Positions 36,778 to 47,906 of a stretch of DNA of 58,480 nucleotides are shown here, one piece after another (position 1 is the first letter of the stretch; each line of letters starts with the position of its first letter). The position numbers and the translations under genes were made by a program. The stretch is from positions 1-58,480 of the forward strand of contig SVQV01000001.1 of the NCBI GenBank assembly GCA_015065175.1. The letters run 5' to 3'. The notes beneath the pieces are model-generated. The model worked only from the letters and a program-made list of their open reading frames with translations. It was not told the DNA's origin and did no database searches. Source of the stretch: Oscillospiraceae bacterium. GTDB lineage: Bacteria; Bacillota; Clostridia; Oscillospirales; CAG-272.

Positions 36778-38730
36778 TTGAACTCGTATAAAGGACATGA
36801 ACCTAACGGAAGAAATCAGAAGAAAAAGCTAAGTCTTAAGAGCCTTATTCCGCAAATAAAGCTGTTTTTTGCGCGTCTCTTTTACATAGTCGGTCTTGTG
36901 TGGGAGACTAAGCCGATTTTCCTTATCGCCATGGCACTGCTCTGTCTCTTTGACGGTGTATTGCCTGTTGTAGGCGCGCTCATTTCAAAGGAATTGATGA
37001 ATGAGATAGCCGCGCTTATCGGAAGCGACCTTGTAAAAGACACGCTTGGCAATAGCTTTTCTGCATTCGCATCGGCATTCCTGAATGACTTGAAGCCTGT
37101 GTTCATGCTTCTTATTTTCCAGCTTGTATATCAGTTTTCGAGAAGAATAATATCGGGCATAAGCAGCAGTGTAAATGCCGTGGCGGGCGAGCTTGTCGTA
37201 AATCACATAAAGCTGAAGATAATGAACAAGGCAAAGGACGTCGATATTGCGAGCTTCGACAGCCCCGACTTTTACGAGAAGCTTGAAAATGCGAACAGAG
37301 AAGCGGGAATGCGCCCTCTTATGATATTGAGAGCGACCTTTAATGTAATAAGCTCTGTCATAAGTGCGGTGAGCTTCGTTATAGTTCTTGCGACGCTTCA
37401 TCCTCTTGCACCTGTGCTTATAGTGTTAATGGCTTTGCCGGGTGCTATAATAAATTACCGATACCGCAATCATAATTTCAGATATATGCGCTGGCACTCA
37501 AAGGAAAGACGGCAGATGCAGTATTTTTCCTCTGCGGTTTCCGACAAGGACAAGGCGAAGGAAATTCGTATCATGGGGCTTGCGGACGAGCTTATAGGTA
37601 AGTATAAGACTGCATTCGTTAAATATTTCAAGGGACTTAAGAAGATAATAATAAAAGAGCAGGTATATCAGACTGCGGTAAGCACTCTGACTATCATTGC
37701 CGACTGTGTGCTGTTTATGTATGTGGCATATACGGTTATATATAACAACGGACTCATAGGCGATTACTCGCTATATACGGGTGCGCTCACCTCTATTATG
37801 TCTCTGGTCGGCACGATAATCACGTCTACCGCCACTATCTATGAGGGAACTCTCTTTATAGATAATATGATGGTCTTTATGCGTGAGGAGATAAAGGTAG
37901 TTCCTAACGTGAAAATACCGCTTATCCCAAAAGAAAACCAAGCGCATACAATAGAATTCAGAAATGTGGCCTTCCGTTATCCCGGTACAGACAGAGATGT
38001 AATAAAAAATGTAAACTTAAGTATACGTACAGGCGAAACGGTTTTGCTCGTGGGACTTAACGGAGCGGGAAAAACAACGCTTATAAAGCTGCTCACCCGT
38101 CTTTATGACCCAACAGACGGTATAATCCTTTTGGACGGTGTTGATATCCGCTCGTATGACGTAAAGGCACTTTACGATCTTTACGGAATAATCTTTCAGG
38201 ATTACGTCAAGTATGCGGTTACGGTAAGGGAAAATATCGCATACGGAGATATAAAAAGCGGCATAGACGAGGAGAAAATAAAGCAGGCGGCGCAGAGCAG
38301 TGATGCCGACAGCTTTATAAAGAAGCTACCCAACGAATATGACACCCCGCTTATGAGATTTTTTGAGGATAACGGAATAGAGCTTTCGATAGGTCAGTGG
38401 CAGAAGCTCTCTATTGCGCGCGCATATTATAAGAAGTCGGATATCATGATACTCGACGAGCCTACAGCCTCGCTCGACCCCTTAGCTGAGCAGGAGGTCT
38501 TTGACAGCTTTACAGAGCTTAGTGAAGGAAAGCTTACTTTGCTTGTTTCTCATAGACTTTCTTCGGCAACGACCGCCTCCAAAATAATAGTTATGGAGGA
38601 CGGATGCATAGTAGAGATAGGAACACATGACGAGCTTATAGCAAAGGGCGGAAAATACGCTCTCCTCTTTAATACCCAGGCGAAGCACTATATATCCCCG
38701 GTAAAGCGCAGAGTGCAAAGTGTGGAATAA
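36778..38730 (+). CDS. ABC transporter, fused permease/ATP-binding exporter
   Basis: 650 aa. TTG start 8 nt after AGGAGG. Six-TM exporter domain, then an NBD with Walker A GLNGAGKTT, signature LSIGQWQK, and Walker B IMILDEPTASLD. Confidence 0.85.
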   Translation: MNSYKGHEPNGRNQKKKLSLKSLIPQIKLFFARLFYIVGLVWETKPIFLIAMALLCLFDGVLPVVGALISKELMNEIAALIGSDLVKDTLGNSFSAFASAFLNDLKPVFMLLIFQLVYQFSRRIISGISSSVNAVAGELVVNHIKLKIMNKAKDVDIASFDSPDFYEKLENANREAGMRPLMILRATFNVISSVISAVSFVIVLATLHPLAPVLIVLMALPGAIINYRYRNHNFRYMRWHSKERRQMQYFSSAVSDKDKAKEIRIMGLADELIGKYKTAFVKYFKGLKKIIIKEQVYQTAVSTLTIIADCVLFMYVAYTVIYNNGLIGDYSLYTGALTSIMSLVGTIITSTATIYEGTLFIDNMMVFMREEIKVVPNVKIPLIPKENQAHTIEFRNVAFRYPGTDRDVIKNVNLSIRTGETVLLVGLNGAGKTTLIKLLTRLYDPTDGIILLDGVDIRSYDVKALYDLYGIIFQDYVKYAVTVRENIAYGDIKSGIDEEKIKQAAQSSDADSFIKKLPNEYDTPLMRFFEDNGIELSIGQWQKLSIARAYYKKSDIMILDEPTASLDPLAEQEVFDSFTELSEGKLTLLVSHRLSSATTASKIIVMEDGCIVEIGTHDELIAKGGKYALLFNTQAKHYISPVKRRVQSVE

Positions 38731-38820
38731 ATTTCTCGTTTTCGATAAAAAGCTTCTTTACATTTGCTTTTTCATATGATAAACTGAAGGAAATAAACAA
38801 AAATCAAAGGAGACAAAACA

Positions 38821-40809
38821 ATGAATTTCAGGCAGGTGCATTTGGATTTTCACACTTCCGAGAAGATTCCGAGAGTGGGAGACAAATTCGATAAAAAGCA
38901 GTTCCAGGCGGCATTGAAGGCGGGTCACGTAAACTCGATTACCGTTTTTGCGAAATGTCATCACGGCTGGGCGTATTTCAATTCTAAGGCGAATGAAATT
39001 CATCCCGCTTTGAACGGATTTGAGCTTCTTACCGCTGAGATCGAGGCGGCGCACGAAATAGGTGTAAAAGCGCCCATATATATTTCTGCGGGACTTGATG
39101 AAAAAATGGCTCGCAGACATCCCGAATGGCTTTTCAGAAATATAGATGAATCTACCTCTTGGGTAAAAAGTTTTGATAAGCCCGGATATCATTTGTTCTG
39201 TTTCAATTCTCCTTACCTCGATTATCTTTGCGAGCAGGCAAAAGAGGTTTGTATAAAATACAAGGATATGGGAGTTGACGGTCTTTTCTTCGATATTTCG
39301 GGAGAAAAGGAATGCTACTGTCAGAACTGTATGAACACTCTCATTAAAGAGGGTAAGGACCCCTACGACCCCAAAAATGTGAAGGCACTTGGCAGAAGAA
39401 CATATGCGAATTATACGAAGCGTATAAGAGAAGCGGTAGATGAAATTGACCCGTCCATTCGCATTTTCCACAATGCAGGACATATCAAGAAGGGCAGACG
39501 TGAGCTTGCATATATGGATACTCACCTTGAGCTTGAATCCTTGCCTACGGGCGGTTGGGGCTATGACCATTTTCCGCTTTCCGCAAAATACGTTCAGCAG
39601 CTCGGAATGGATTACCTCGGAATGACGGGTAAATTCCACAGAGCCTGGGGCGAGTTCGGCGGCTTCAAGCACCCGAATGCGCTTCGCTATGAGTGCGCTC
39701 TCTCTGTCGCAAACGGCGCAAAATGCTCGGTAGGCGATCAGCTTCATCCGTCGGGTAAAGCCGATATGGTTACATATGAGCTTATAGGAGCGGCTTATTC
39801 GGAGATAGAAGAAAAGGAGCCTTGGCTCGATAACGTATCTTCTGTTGCCGATATAGGACTTCTCTCGTATGAAGCCTGCACCGACACTCTCGGCTATGAC
39901 TATGCGGGAAATTCAAATAATTTTGACGTAGGCGCGGGAAGAATACTTTTAGAGGGACACTATCTCTTTGATATACTCGATTTGGAGTCCGACTTCTCAA
40001 AATATAAGGTTATCGTCTTGCCCGATGCTATAAAAATAGAGGGCACTATAAAGGCAAAGTTAGACGAATTCTTGAAGCAGGGCGGAAAGCTTCTTGCGAC
40101 AGGCGTTTCGGGTCTTTATCTTGACAGGGATGAATTTGCCTTTGATTTCGGTGTAAAATACGAAGGCGTTTGCGAGCTTAAGCCTAACTATATGCATCCT
40201 TCGTTTACGTATGAAAATATAGGCGATACGGCATATCTTATGAACGCGACCTGCTATAACGTTTCTCTTACCGACGAAGGAAAGGAATATGCGAAGGCTG
40301 AAAAGACATATTTCAACCGTACGGTAGAGCATTTCTCCTCTCACAGACATACTTCTAACAGTATGGAATTCAGCGGAGTCGGTGTAAGCGAGGGCAAGGA
40401 CGGAATGTACATTGCATGGAATATATTCCTTGACTATGCAGAAAACGCTATGCTTGCGGCAAAGCGCACCGTTCAGTTTGCGCTTGACACGCTCTTAAAG
40501 GACGGAAAGACCGTAGAAACAAATCTTTACACTCAGGGCGTTACCACTCTTATGGACCAGAAGGACTCCTCACGCTACATAAGCCATATCCTTTATGCAT
40601 CCCCCGTCAAGAGAGGAAAGGGCATAGAAGTAATAGAGGACATTATTCCTGTTTATAACGTTGAAATGACCTACAAGACCGAGAAAAAGATAAAGAACGC
40701 ATATCTTGCACCTCAGATGGAAAAGCTGGAATTTACAGAAAAGGGCGGAAAGATAAGTCTCACCGTTCCGAAGTTAGATTGCCACCAGATGATAGTCTTG
40801 GACTATTGA
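38821..40809 (+). CDS. Putative glycoside hydrolase (GHL6-type TIM barrel with beta-galactosidase-trimerisation-like middle domain)
   Basis: 662 aa. The N-terminus FRQVHLDFHTSEKIP..GDKFD...F...L....VNSITVFAKCHHGWAYF matches my recollection of the GHL6 / GH42-related family. The KVIVLPD segment is typical of the A4 beta-gal middle domain. Confidence 0.5.
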   Translation: MNFRQVHLDFHTSEKIPRVGDKFDKKQFQAALKAGHVNSITVFAKCHHGWAYFNSKANEIHPALNGFELLTAEIEAAHEIGVKAPIYISAGLDEKMARRHPEWLFRNIDESTSWVKSFDKPGYHLFCFNSPYLDYLCEQAKEVCIKYKDMGVDGLFFDISGEKECYCQNCMNTLIKEGKDPYDPKNVKALGRRTYANYTKRIREAVDEIDPSIRIFHNAGHIKKGRRELAYMDTHLELESLPTGGWGYDHFPLSAKYVQQLGMDYLGMTGKFHRAWGEFGGFKHPNALRYECALSVANGAKCSVGDQLHPSGKADMVTYELIGAAYSEIEEKEPWLDNVSSVADIGLLSYEACTDTLGYDYAGNSNNFDVGAGRILLEGHYLFDILDLESDFSKYKVIVLPDAIKIEGTIKAKLDEFLKQGGKLLATGVSGLYLDRDEFAFDFGVKYEGVCELKPNYMHPSFTYENIGDTAYLMNATCYNVSLTDEGKEYAKAEKTYFNRTVEHFSSHRHTSNSMEFSGVGVSEGKDGMYIAWNIFLDYAENAMLAAKRTVQFALDTLLKDGKTVETNLYTQGVTTLMDQKDSSRYISHILYASPVKRGKGIEVIEDIIPVYNVEMTYKTEKKIKNAYLAPQMEKLEFTEKGGKISLTVPKLDCHQMIVLDY

Positions 40810-40858
40810 TAGGGGTTTAATGTGATTTTCTGCTTAATGCGCAACATATCTACATAAA

Positions 40859-40910
40859 GAAAAACAGAGCAAAAATATAAGGTTATCCTTTTATCCTTGC
40901 TCTGTTTTAT
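40859..40910. terminator. Bidirectional terminator between the glycoside hydrolase gene and the XRE gene
   Basis: Outer stem AACAGAGCAA (40863-40872) / TTGCTCTGTT (40897-40906), with an inner AAGG/CCTT hairpin. Flanked by A- and T-runs. Confidence 0.6.
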
Positions 40911-40913
40911 ATT

Positions 40914-41252
40914 TTAGAGGTTTTTGTACCTGTCAATTTCAAGTATGATACGAAAAATTTGTTCCTGCTCCTTTGCATTTTTTTCGGAAAGAAGTTCATA
41001 GCATTCAAGAGGAATGTCGCGTACGTTCTCTTTTTTAGCATCAAGCTTCTCAAAAAGCTTTGATAACGAAATGTTTAACGCTGAAGCAATTTTTTGTATG
41101 CTTTCAATCGTGGCGTTTTTTTCACCGCGTTCAATTTGACCGATATAAGTGTGATGACATCCCGAAAGCTCCGCAAGCTTTTCTTGGCTCAATCCCATAG
41201 CAGTTCTGTAATTTCGGATTCTTTTACCTAAAATCTTTGAAATATCACTCAT
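40914..41252 (-). CDS. XRE family helix-turn-helix transcriptional regulator
   Basis: ORF 40914..41264. GAGGA precedes the ATG at 41252 (MSDISKILGKRIRNYR...). Canonical HTH_3 (GLSQEKLAELSGCHHTYIGQIERGEKNATIESI). Confidence 0.85.
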   Translation of the reverse strand: MSDISKILGKRIRNYRTAMGLSQEKLAELSGCHHTYIGQIERGEKNATIESIQKIASALNISLSKLFEKLDAKKENVRDIPLECYELLSEKNAKEQEQIFRIILEIDRYKNL

Positions 41253-41319
41253 AATTATCCTCACTGTAATTCACATTATATATAGTCTATAAATATTCAA
41301 ATAAAATTTCCATAGACTA

Positions 41320-41348
41320 TTGATATTTTATTTTTGGTGTGATATACT
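41320..41348 (+). promoter_or_regulatory. Putative promoter divergent from the XRE regulator gene
   Basis: TTGATA (41320-41325), a 17-nt spacer with TG, and TATACT (41343-41348). The inverted repeat ATAGTCTAT...ATAGACTAT (41282-41290 / 41312-41320) flanks or overlaps the -35 and is a candidate XRE operator. Confidence 0.4.
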
Positions 41349-41401
41349 ATGAACATTATTCAAGAACTTTTTGTGCTTATAGTACTGAACTGAGGGCTTT
41401 T

Positions 41402-41503
41402 ATGGATATTTTCACTGTTTCTTTATTTGGACATCGGGAAATTGAGGATCTGCGGGGACCGGAATATAAGCTCGCACCAATCATAAAAACGAAGACTGAA
41501 TAA
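41402..41503 (+). pseudogene. 33-codon remnant resembling the N-terminus of a SLOG/DUF1273-like protein
   Basis: MDIFTVSLFGHREIEDLRGPEYKLAPIIKTKTE*. The (F)FGHR.I motif near the N-terminus is typical of about 150-190 aa DUF1273/SLOG-type proteins. Here the frame stops after 33 codons and runs straight into a terminator. Confidence 0.3.
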
Positions 41504-41550
41504 AAGCCTCCTATAACAGAAGAGAACATCTGCTACAGGAGGCTTTTTTG
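41502..41550. terminator. Bidirectional terminator between the SLOG remnant and the M23 peptidase gene
   Basis: AAAAGCCTCCT (41502-41512) pairs with AGGAGGCTTTT (41537-41547), followed by TTTTTT. Confidence 0.6.
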
Positions 41551-41600
41551 TTATTCAAGCGCTCATATGAGAAAACGACAACTTTTATTTACAAAACTGT

Positions 41601-42275
41601 TCAATCCTCGTATATTTCCGCGCCTGTAAGCGAAGCTAATTTGCTGTCGCTTGAAATATAGTCCATTGGGTCTACGCTCACGCCCTTGACAGTAAGCTCA
41701 TAATGGAGGTGAGGCTCTTCGGCAGACTCTATCATTGCGCTGTCTCCTATATAGGAAATGACCTCGCCCTTTTCTACCTTTGTGCCGACCTCAATGCCTT
41801 CGGCATGCTCGAAAGAGAGGTTCTTGTAAATAGATACCGCATCTCCCTTGTGGGATATCTCAATACAGTTACCCATCATAGGGTCGGTGTATATCTTTGT
41901 TATCTCACCGTCTGCGGCGGCAAGCACGTCATCGCCGGCATTTGCGGAAATATCTATTCCGCAGTGTACACGGAGGTCGTCCATTGTCGCAGAGTAAACA
42001 AGCACAGACAGGTCATGCTCCTTTGACACCTTGCCCGAGGTAGGTGCGATAAATGAAGGCAGTGTGTTGGGAGCATCCGTAACGGGAGGCGCTGTCGTTG
42101 TGGGAGCAGTGCTTGTTACAGGCGGCTCTGTAGTTACGGGAGCGTCCTCGTTTGGCTTTTTCCCTCTTTGCGAGGCGGCAGTGATTCCCACTACTATTGC
42201 GGTAACACACAAGACCGCCACGATGACGATATAAAGAATTCTGTTTGCTTTTACGGAGTTTTCATTTTTGTCCAT
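41601..42275 (-). CDS. M23 family (LytM-domain) peptidase with N-terminal membrane anchor
   Basis: 224 aa. TM helix ILYIVIVAVLCVTAIVVGI, a Pro/Thr linker, and a LytM domain with intact H...D (HCGID) and H.H (HLHYE) motifs. Confidence 0.8.
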   Translation of the reverse strand: MDKNENSVKANRILYIVIVAVLCVTAIVVGITAASQRGKKPNEDAPVTTEPPVTSTAPTTTAPPVTDAPNTLPSFIAPTSGKVSKEHDLSVLVYSATMDDLRVHCGIDISANAGDDVLAAADGEITKIYTDPMMGNCIEISHKGDAVSIYKNLSFEHAEGIEVGTKVEKGEVISYIGDSAMIESAEEPHLHYELTVKGVSVDPMDYISSDSKLASLTGAEIYED

Positions 42276-42408
42276 AATAATGTATTCCTTTCAAGAATTT
42301 CTACAGCTATTTTTGCCACTTTTCGGTTCTTTATTCACATTATACGAAAAAATAAGCTCTTTTTGTGAAAAATAGAAATAATCTCTTTAACTGTATTTTA
42401 AATACCGA

Positions 42409-42436
42409 TTGACTTTTTTTCATTTTGGTGTATAAT
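42409..42436 (+). promoter_or_regulatory. Putative sigma-A promoter of uvrB-uvrA-dut
   Basis: TTGACT (42409-42414), a 16-nt spacer, and TATAAT (42431-42436). I saw no convincing CGAAC-N4-GTTCG SOS box. Confidence 0.4.
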
Positions 42437-42489
42437 AAAATAGGTAAAGTTTTTATTAAAATCATATAAAGACGAAAGGAGAGGACGGA

Positions 42490-44460
42490 ATGCGGGAAAA
42501 TATTTTTAAGCTGAAAAGCGCATATAAGCCGACAGGCGATCAGCCGCAGGCTATTGCTTCGCTTACAGAAGGTATATTAAACGGCGAGCGTGCGCAGACC
42601 CTACTCGGTGTTACAGGCTCGGGAAAGACCTTTACTATGGCTAACGTTATTGCAAACGTAAACAAACCGACTCTTGTCCTCGCCCACAATAAGACTCTGG
42701 CGGCTCAGCTCTGCTCGGAATTCCGTGAATTTTTTCCCGAGAATGCGGTGGAGTATTTTGTATCCTATTACGATTACTATCAGCCCGAGGCATATGTGCC
42801 GGGTAAGGATATGTATATAGAAAAGGACGCTATGATAAACGATGAGATAGATATGCTCCGTCATAGCGCAACATCCTCTTTGCTTGAACGCCGTGACGTT
42901 ATAGTTGTCGCCAGCGTTTCCTGTATTTTCACGCTCGGAGACCCGAGGGAGTACAGCTCGCTTCTGGTTTCGGTGCGCCCGGGACAACAGATGGAAAGGG
43001 AGGAGCTGATAACTCACCTCGTCGCTATAAACTATGAAAGAAACGACCTCAATTTTGTACGCGGAAAATTCCGTGTAAGAGGCGATATTGTCGAGGTCTT
43101 TCCCGCGGCAAGCAGTGAGACGGCTATACGAATAGAATTTTTCGGTGATGAAATAGACCGTGTCAGCGAGATAAGAGTAGTGACGGGAGATACAGTGAGA
43201 AACCTTACCTATGCCGTCATCTTTCCCGCAACACATTACGCCGTATCCGACGTTAAGCGTGAGCAGGCATTGCTTGAGATTGAGAACGAAATGCGTGAGC
43301 GTGTTGAATTTTTCCGCGCGCAGCATAAGCTGATAGAAGCGCAGAGAATAGAGGAGCGCACGAAATACGATATTGAGATGCTCCGCGAGGTAGGCTTCTG
43401 CTCGGGAGTCGAAAACTATTCCCGTGTGCTTGCGGGCAGAGCGCCCGGCTCTATGCCATACACCCTGCTCGATTATTTTCCTTCCGACTTCGTCATGTTC
43501 ATAGACGAGTCGCATGTTACTCTGCCGCAGGTGCGAGGCATGAGCGGAGGAGATATTGCGAGAAAGAAAAATCTTATAGATTACGGCTTCCGTCTGCCCT
43601 CGGCATACGATAACAGACCGCTTCGCTTTGAAGAATTTGAAGGTAAGCTCAATCAGGTGGTTTTTGTAAGCGCAACTCCCGCGGAATATGAAAAGGTACA
43701 CTCCGAGAGGACGGTCGAGCAGATAATACGCCCGACAGGACTGATAGACCCCGAGATTACCGTGCGCCCGATAGACGGACAGGTCGATGACCTCATAGGC
43801 GAGATACGTGCGGTGACCGCAAAGGGAGAAAAAATACTTGTTACTACGCTTACTACGGTAATGGCGGAGGATCTTACAGATTATCTTTCTTCTTTACAGA
43901 TAAAGGTAAAATATATACATCACAATGTCGAAACTATGGAGAGAATGGAAATAATACGAGACCTGCGCGCAGGAGTGTTTGACGTTCTCGTCGGAATAAA
44001 TCTTCTCCGTGAAGGTCTCGATATTCCTGAGGTCTCTCTCGTTGCCATACTTGATGCGGACAAGGAAGGACTGCTGCGTTCCGAGACATCACTCATACAG
44101 ACGGTCGGCAGAGCGGCGAGAAACGTAAACGGCAGAGTCATAATGTACGCAGATACTATTACCCGTTCAATGCGCGCCGCAATAGACGAAACGGAGCGCC
44201 GCCGTAATATCCAGAAAAAATACAACAAGGAAAACGGCATAACGCCTACAAGTATAAAGAAGGAGATCCGAGAGCTTATAAGCATAGGCAAGACAGATGA
44301 AGGCTCGAAGAAAACCAAGGGCAAAAAACAAACTAAGGAAGAAAAGGAAAAGCTAATAGAACAGCTTACAGCAGAAATGCTCTCCGCCTCCAAGCATCTG
44401 GAGTTCGAGCGTGCGGCATATCTGCGCGATAAGATAAAAGAGCTTAGGGTTACTAAATAA
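42490..44460 (+). CDS. uvrB: Excinuclease ABC subunit B
   Basis: 656 aa. [12 protein letters not shown], helicase motifs, and a C-terminal UVR domain ([13 protein letters not shown]). Confidence 0.97.
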   Translation: MRENIFKLKSAYKPTGDQPQAIASLTEGILNGERAQTLLGVTGSGKTFTMANVIANVNKPTLVLAHNKTLAAQLCSEFREFFPENAVEYFVSYYDYYQPEAYVPGKDMYIEKDAMINDEIDMLRHSATSSLLERRDVIVVASVSCIFTLGDPREYSSLLVSVRPGQQMEREELITHLVAINYERNDLNFVRGKFRVRGDIVEVFPAASSETAIRIEFFGDEIDRVSEIRVVTGDTVRNLTYAVIFPATHYAVSDVKREQALLEIENEMRERVEFFRAQHKLIEAQRIEERTKYDIEMLREVGFCSGVENYSRVLAGRAPGSMPYTLLDYFPSDFVMFIDESHVTLPQVRGMSGGDIARKKNLIDYGFRLPSAYDNRPLRFEEFEGKLNQVVFVSATPAEYEKVHSERTVEQIIRPTGLIDPEITVRPIDGQVDDLIGEIRAVTAKGEKILVTTLTTVMAEDLTDYLSSLQIKVKYIHHNVETMERMEIIRDLRAGVFDVLVGINLLREGLDIPEVSLVAILDADKEGLLRSETSLIQTVGRAARNVNGRVIMYADTITRSMRAAIDETERRRNIQKKYNKENGITPTSIKKEIRELISIGKTDEGSKKTKGKKQTKEEKEKLIEQLTAEMLSASKHLEFERAAYLRDKIKELRVTK

Positions 44461-44463
44461 TTT

Positions 44464-47289
44464 ATGTCGAAAAATCTGATAATCAAGGGCGCAAGGTCGC
44501 ACAATTTAAAAAATATAGACGTAGAGATACCGAGAGATAAGCTGACTGTGTTTACAGGGCTTTCAGGCTCGGGAAAATCCTCTCTCGCGTTTGATACGAT
44601 ATACGCGGAGGGACACAGGCGCTTCGTTGAGTCGCTTTCATCCTATGCGAGACAGTTTTTGGGGCAGATGGACAAGCCCGATGTAGACTTTATAGAAGGA
44701 CTCTCTCCCGCTATTTCTATAGACCAAAAAACAACCTCGAAAAATCCACGCTCCACAGTCGGTACGGTTACCGAAATATATGACTATCTGCGCTTGCTCT
44801 ATGCGAGAATAGGCGTGCCGCACTGTCCCGTGTGCGGCAAAGAGATACGTCAGCAGACAGTAGACGGAATATGCGATAAAATCATGTCGATGCCCGAGGG
44901 CACGAAATTTGTCGTATTGGCGCCTATGGTAAGAGGTCAGAAGGGTACTCACGAAAAAACGCTTTCCGACATTCGACGGATGGGCTATGCCAGAGTGCGC
45001 ATAGACGGGAATATGTATGACCTGTCGGAAGAAATAAAGCTCGAAAAGAATAATAAGCATACGATAGATGTGGTAATAGACCGTCTCGTTATGAAGGCGG
45101 GCATAGAGTCAAGAGTTACCGACTCTCTTGAAAACGCCTTTGCTCTTACCGACGGCAGAGTTATCATTATGAATATGGCGGAGGAGAAGGAGTTCGAATA
45201 CTCCTTGAAGTATGCCTGCGAGGAGCATAACATCAGCTTCGGTGAGCTTGAGCCGAGAATGTTCTCCTTCAATAATCCCTACGGCGCCTGTCCCGAATGC
45301 GCGGGACTCGGAGATTTGAGAATAATTTCCGAGGAAAAGATTATTCCCAACAAGAAGCTGTCTCTTGCAGAGGGAGCTATCGTCTGCAACGGATTTAAGA
45401 ACATAGAAGAGGAAAGTTGGCAGGGGCCGCTCATAAATGCGGTGGGCGAGGATTTCGGCTTTACGATAGATACACCCATTTGCGACTATTCCGAGGACGG
45501 CTACCGTGCGCTTCTTTACGGTACAGAACCGAAAATATATAACGTGCGCAGATATTTCGGAAAGGTCTCGCGTGTTCAGGATACAATGTACGAGGGTATT
45601 ATTCCGATAATAAGGCGCAGAATGGGACAGATGGGAGAGGGCTACTACGATGAATTTTTGGAGGACGCTCCCTGCCCTAAATGTAAGGGACGGAGACTTT
45701 CCGATATGGTGCTTTCGGTCACTGTCGGAGGCTTGAATATAGACGAGATGTGCGCTCTTTCCATAAATAAAACGCTTGAATTTGTCGAAAATCTGTCACT
45801 TACGGATACCGAATATGAGATAGCGCGCGAGATACTCAAGGAAATAAAGGCGAGGCTCGCCTTCCTCTGTAACGTAGGTCTTGAATATCTCAGCCTTTCG
45901 AGAAAGGCAGGAACTCTTTCGGGCGGAGAAACGCAGAGAATACGCCTTGCGACACAGATAGGCTCGGGACTTGTAGGAGTCCTCTATATTCTCGACGAGC
46001 CGAGCATAGGACTTCATCAGAGAGATAACGATAAGCTTATCGCTACTCTCAAAAAGCTCCGTGATATAGGAAATACGGTCATCGTTGTCGAGCATGATGA
46101 GGACACTATAAGAGAAGCCGACTTTGTTGTTGATATAGGTCCCGGCGCAGGTATACACGGCGGCAAGCTCATTGCGGCAGGAACACCTGCGGAAATAGCA
46201 AAATGTAAACAATCGATTACAGGAGACTATCTTTCCGAGCGTAAAAAGATTGAAGTTCCCGCAGAAAGAAAAAAGGGAAACGGCAATTATTTGCGTATTG
46301 TGGGCGCGTCCCATAACAATCTGAAAAATATAACCGTCGACATCCCTCTCGGTTGCTTTGTTTGCGTCACAGGCGTTTCAGGCTCGGGAAAATCCTCGCT
46401 TGTAAACTATGTTTTACAAAAAGCACTTGCAAAAGAGCTTAACGGCGCGGTAACCTATCCCGGAAAATGCGAGCGCATAGAGGGAATGGAAAATCTCGAC
46501 AAGGTAATAGACATAGACCAAAGTCCTATTGGAAGAACACCGCGTTCGAACCCTGCAACCTATACAGGTCTCTTTACCGAGATAAGAAACCTTTTCGCCT
46601 CCACGAGAGACGCGAAGGCGAAGGGATATTCCGCCGGAAGATTTTCCTTCAATATCAAGGGCGGAAGATGTGAGGCTTGCGAGGGCGACGGCGTAAAATG
46701 CATAGAAATGCACTTTCTGCCCGACGTTTACGTAAAATGCGACGTTTGCAAAGGCATGAGATACAACAGAGACACACTTGACGTAAAATACAAGGGTAAG
46801 AGCATATATGAGGTCCTCGAAATGACGGTCGAGGAAGGACTTGCCTTCTTTGACGGACTTCCAAAAATCCTCACCAAGCTTAAGGCACTCTATGACGTAG
46901 GTCTCGGATATATCAAGATAGGTCAGTCATCCACTACGCTTTCGGGCGGTGAAGCACAGAGAGTGAAGCTTGCGACAGAGCTTGCAAGACGCGGAACGGG
47001 CAAGACAGTGTATATCCTCGATGAGCCTACGACAGGCTTGCACACCGCTGACGTTGCACGCCTTATCGAGATGCTTTCAAGACTTACCGAGGCGGGAAAT
47101 ACCGTTATAGTGATAGAGCATAATTTAGACCTTATAAAGACTGCCGACTATATAATAGATTTAGGACCCGAGGGCGGAGAATACGGCGGTACCGTTGTCG
47201 CTACGGGAACTCCCGAGGAAATAGCGGAATGTGAAAGCTCTTATACGGGAAAATATATAAAGAACAAGCTAAAAACAACAGATAAATGA
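44464..47289 (+). CDS. uvrA: Excinuclease ABC subunit A
   Basis: 941 aa. Two ABC modules (GLSGSGKSS / GVSGSGKSS), Zn fingers (CP.C...C..C), and LSGGE.QR signatures. Confidence 0.97.
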   Translation: MSKNLIIKGARSHNLKNIDVEIPRDKLTVFTGLSGSGKSSLAFDTIYAEGHRRFVESLSSYARQFLGQMDKPDVDFIEGLSPAISIDQKTTSKNPRSTVGTVTEIYDYLRLLYARIGVPHCPVCGKEIRQQTVDGICDKIMSMPEGTKFVVLAPMVRGQKGTHEKTLSDIRRMGYARVRIDGNMYDLSEEIKLEKNNKHTIDVVIDRLVMKAGIESRVTDSLENAFALTDGRVIIMNMAEEKEFEYSLKYACEEHNISFGELEPRMFSFNNPYGACPECAGLGDLRIISEEKIIPNKKLSLAEGAIVCNGFKNIEEESWQGPLINAVGEDFGFTIDTPICDYSEDGYRALLYGTEPKIYNVRRYFGKVSRVQDTMYEGIIPIIRRRMGQMGEGYYDEFLEDAPCPKCKGRRLSDMVLSVTVGGLNIDEMCALSINKTLEFVENLSLTDTEYEIAREILKEIKARLAFLCNVGLEYLSLSRKAGTLSGGETQRIRLATQIGSGLVGVLYILDEPSIGLHQRDNDKLIATLKKLRDIGNTVIVVEHDEDTIREADFVVDIGPGAGIHGGKLIAAGTPAEIAKCKQSITGDYLSERKKIEVPAERKKGNGNYLRIVGASHNNLKNITVDIPLGCFVCVTGVSGSGKSSLVNYVLQKALAKELNGAVTYPGKCERIEGMENLDKVIDIDQSPIGRTPRSNPATYTGLFTEIRNLFASTRDAKAKGYSAGRFSFNIKGGRCEACEGDGVKCIEMHFLPDVYVKCDVCKGMRYNRDTLDVKYKGKSIYEVLEMTVEEGLAFFDGLPKILTKLKALYDVGLGYIKIGQSSTTLSGGEAQRVKLATELARRGTGKTVYILDEPTTGLHTADVARLIEMLSRLTEAGNTVIVIEHNLDLIKTADYIIDLGPEGGEYGGTVVATGTPEEIAECESSYTGKYIKNKLKTTDK

Positions 47290-47302
47290 AAGAGGTAAAG
47301 CT

Positions 47303-47740
47303 ATGCAGGTCAATATAAAAAAATTATCACCCGATGCGAAAATACCTTCATACGGCTCTGCCGAGGCGGCAGGCGCTGACCTTTACGCATTGACAGAGGA
47401 GAACGTTATTATCGAAAACGGTCAGACGAAGCTCATCCATACGGGAATAGCTATGGAAATTCCGAAGGGCTATGTCGGACTCATATATGCGAGAAGCGGT
47501 CTTGCGACCAAGAAGGGGCTCGCGCCCGCAAACAAGGTAGGCGTAATAGACAGCGACTACCGAGGAGAGATAATGGTAGCGCTACATAATCATTCGGGTA
47601 TTTCTCAGACGGTTGAGAACGGCGAGAGAATAGCGCAGATAGTGCTTACTCCGTATTTAAGCGCAACCTTTACAGAGACCGATATGCTTTCGGACACCGA
47701 ACGCGGAGCGGGCGGATTCGGCTCTACGGGTAAAAAATAA
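47303..47740 (+). CDS. dut: dUTP diphosphatase
   Basis: 145 aa. AAGADL, ARSG, GVIDSDYRGE, and a C-terminal RG.GGFGSTG. Confidence 0.93.
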   Translation: MQVNIKKLSPDAKIPSYGSAEAAGADLYALTEENVIIENGQTKLIHTGIAMEIPKGYVGLIYARSGLATKKGLAPANKVGVIDSDYRGEIMVALHNHSGISQTVENGERIAQIVLTPYLSATFTETDMLSDTERGAGGFGSTGKK

Positions 47741-47804
47741 CGCAAGATCAACCGGTTGAAAACACTGTTAAGCTCATAAATTGTCGGAAAATAAGTGTAT
47801 ACTA

Positions 47805-47833
47805 TTGACTATTTTTCAAAAATGTGATATTAT
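47805..47833 (+). promoter_or_regulatory. Putative sigma-A promoter of the cpsC-cpsD-cpsB module
   Basis: TTGACT (47805-47810), a 17-nt spacer ending in TGA (extended -10), and TATTAT (47828-47833). Confidence 0.5.
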
Positions 47834-47906
47834 AGTCTTATATAAAAAGGATTTGTCTTGCAAACCAAAAGCGAGCTTTTTGGTATTTTGGAATTACAGG
47901 TGAAAA

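Noticed and set aside
47749-47760. The palindrome TCAACCGGTTGA right after dut, as a terminator.
   Set aside because: It is a 12-bp perfect palindrome with no loop and no T-run, so it cannot form a productive terminator hairpin. It may be a restriction or TF site, or chance.
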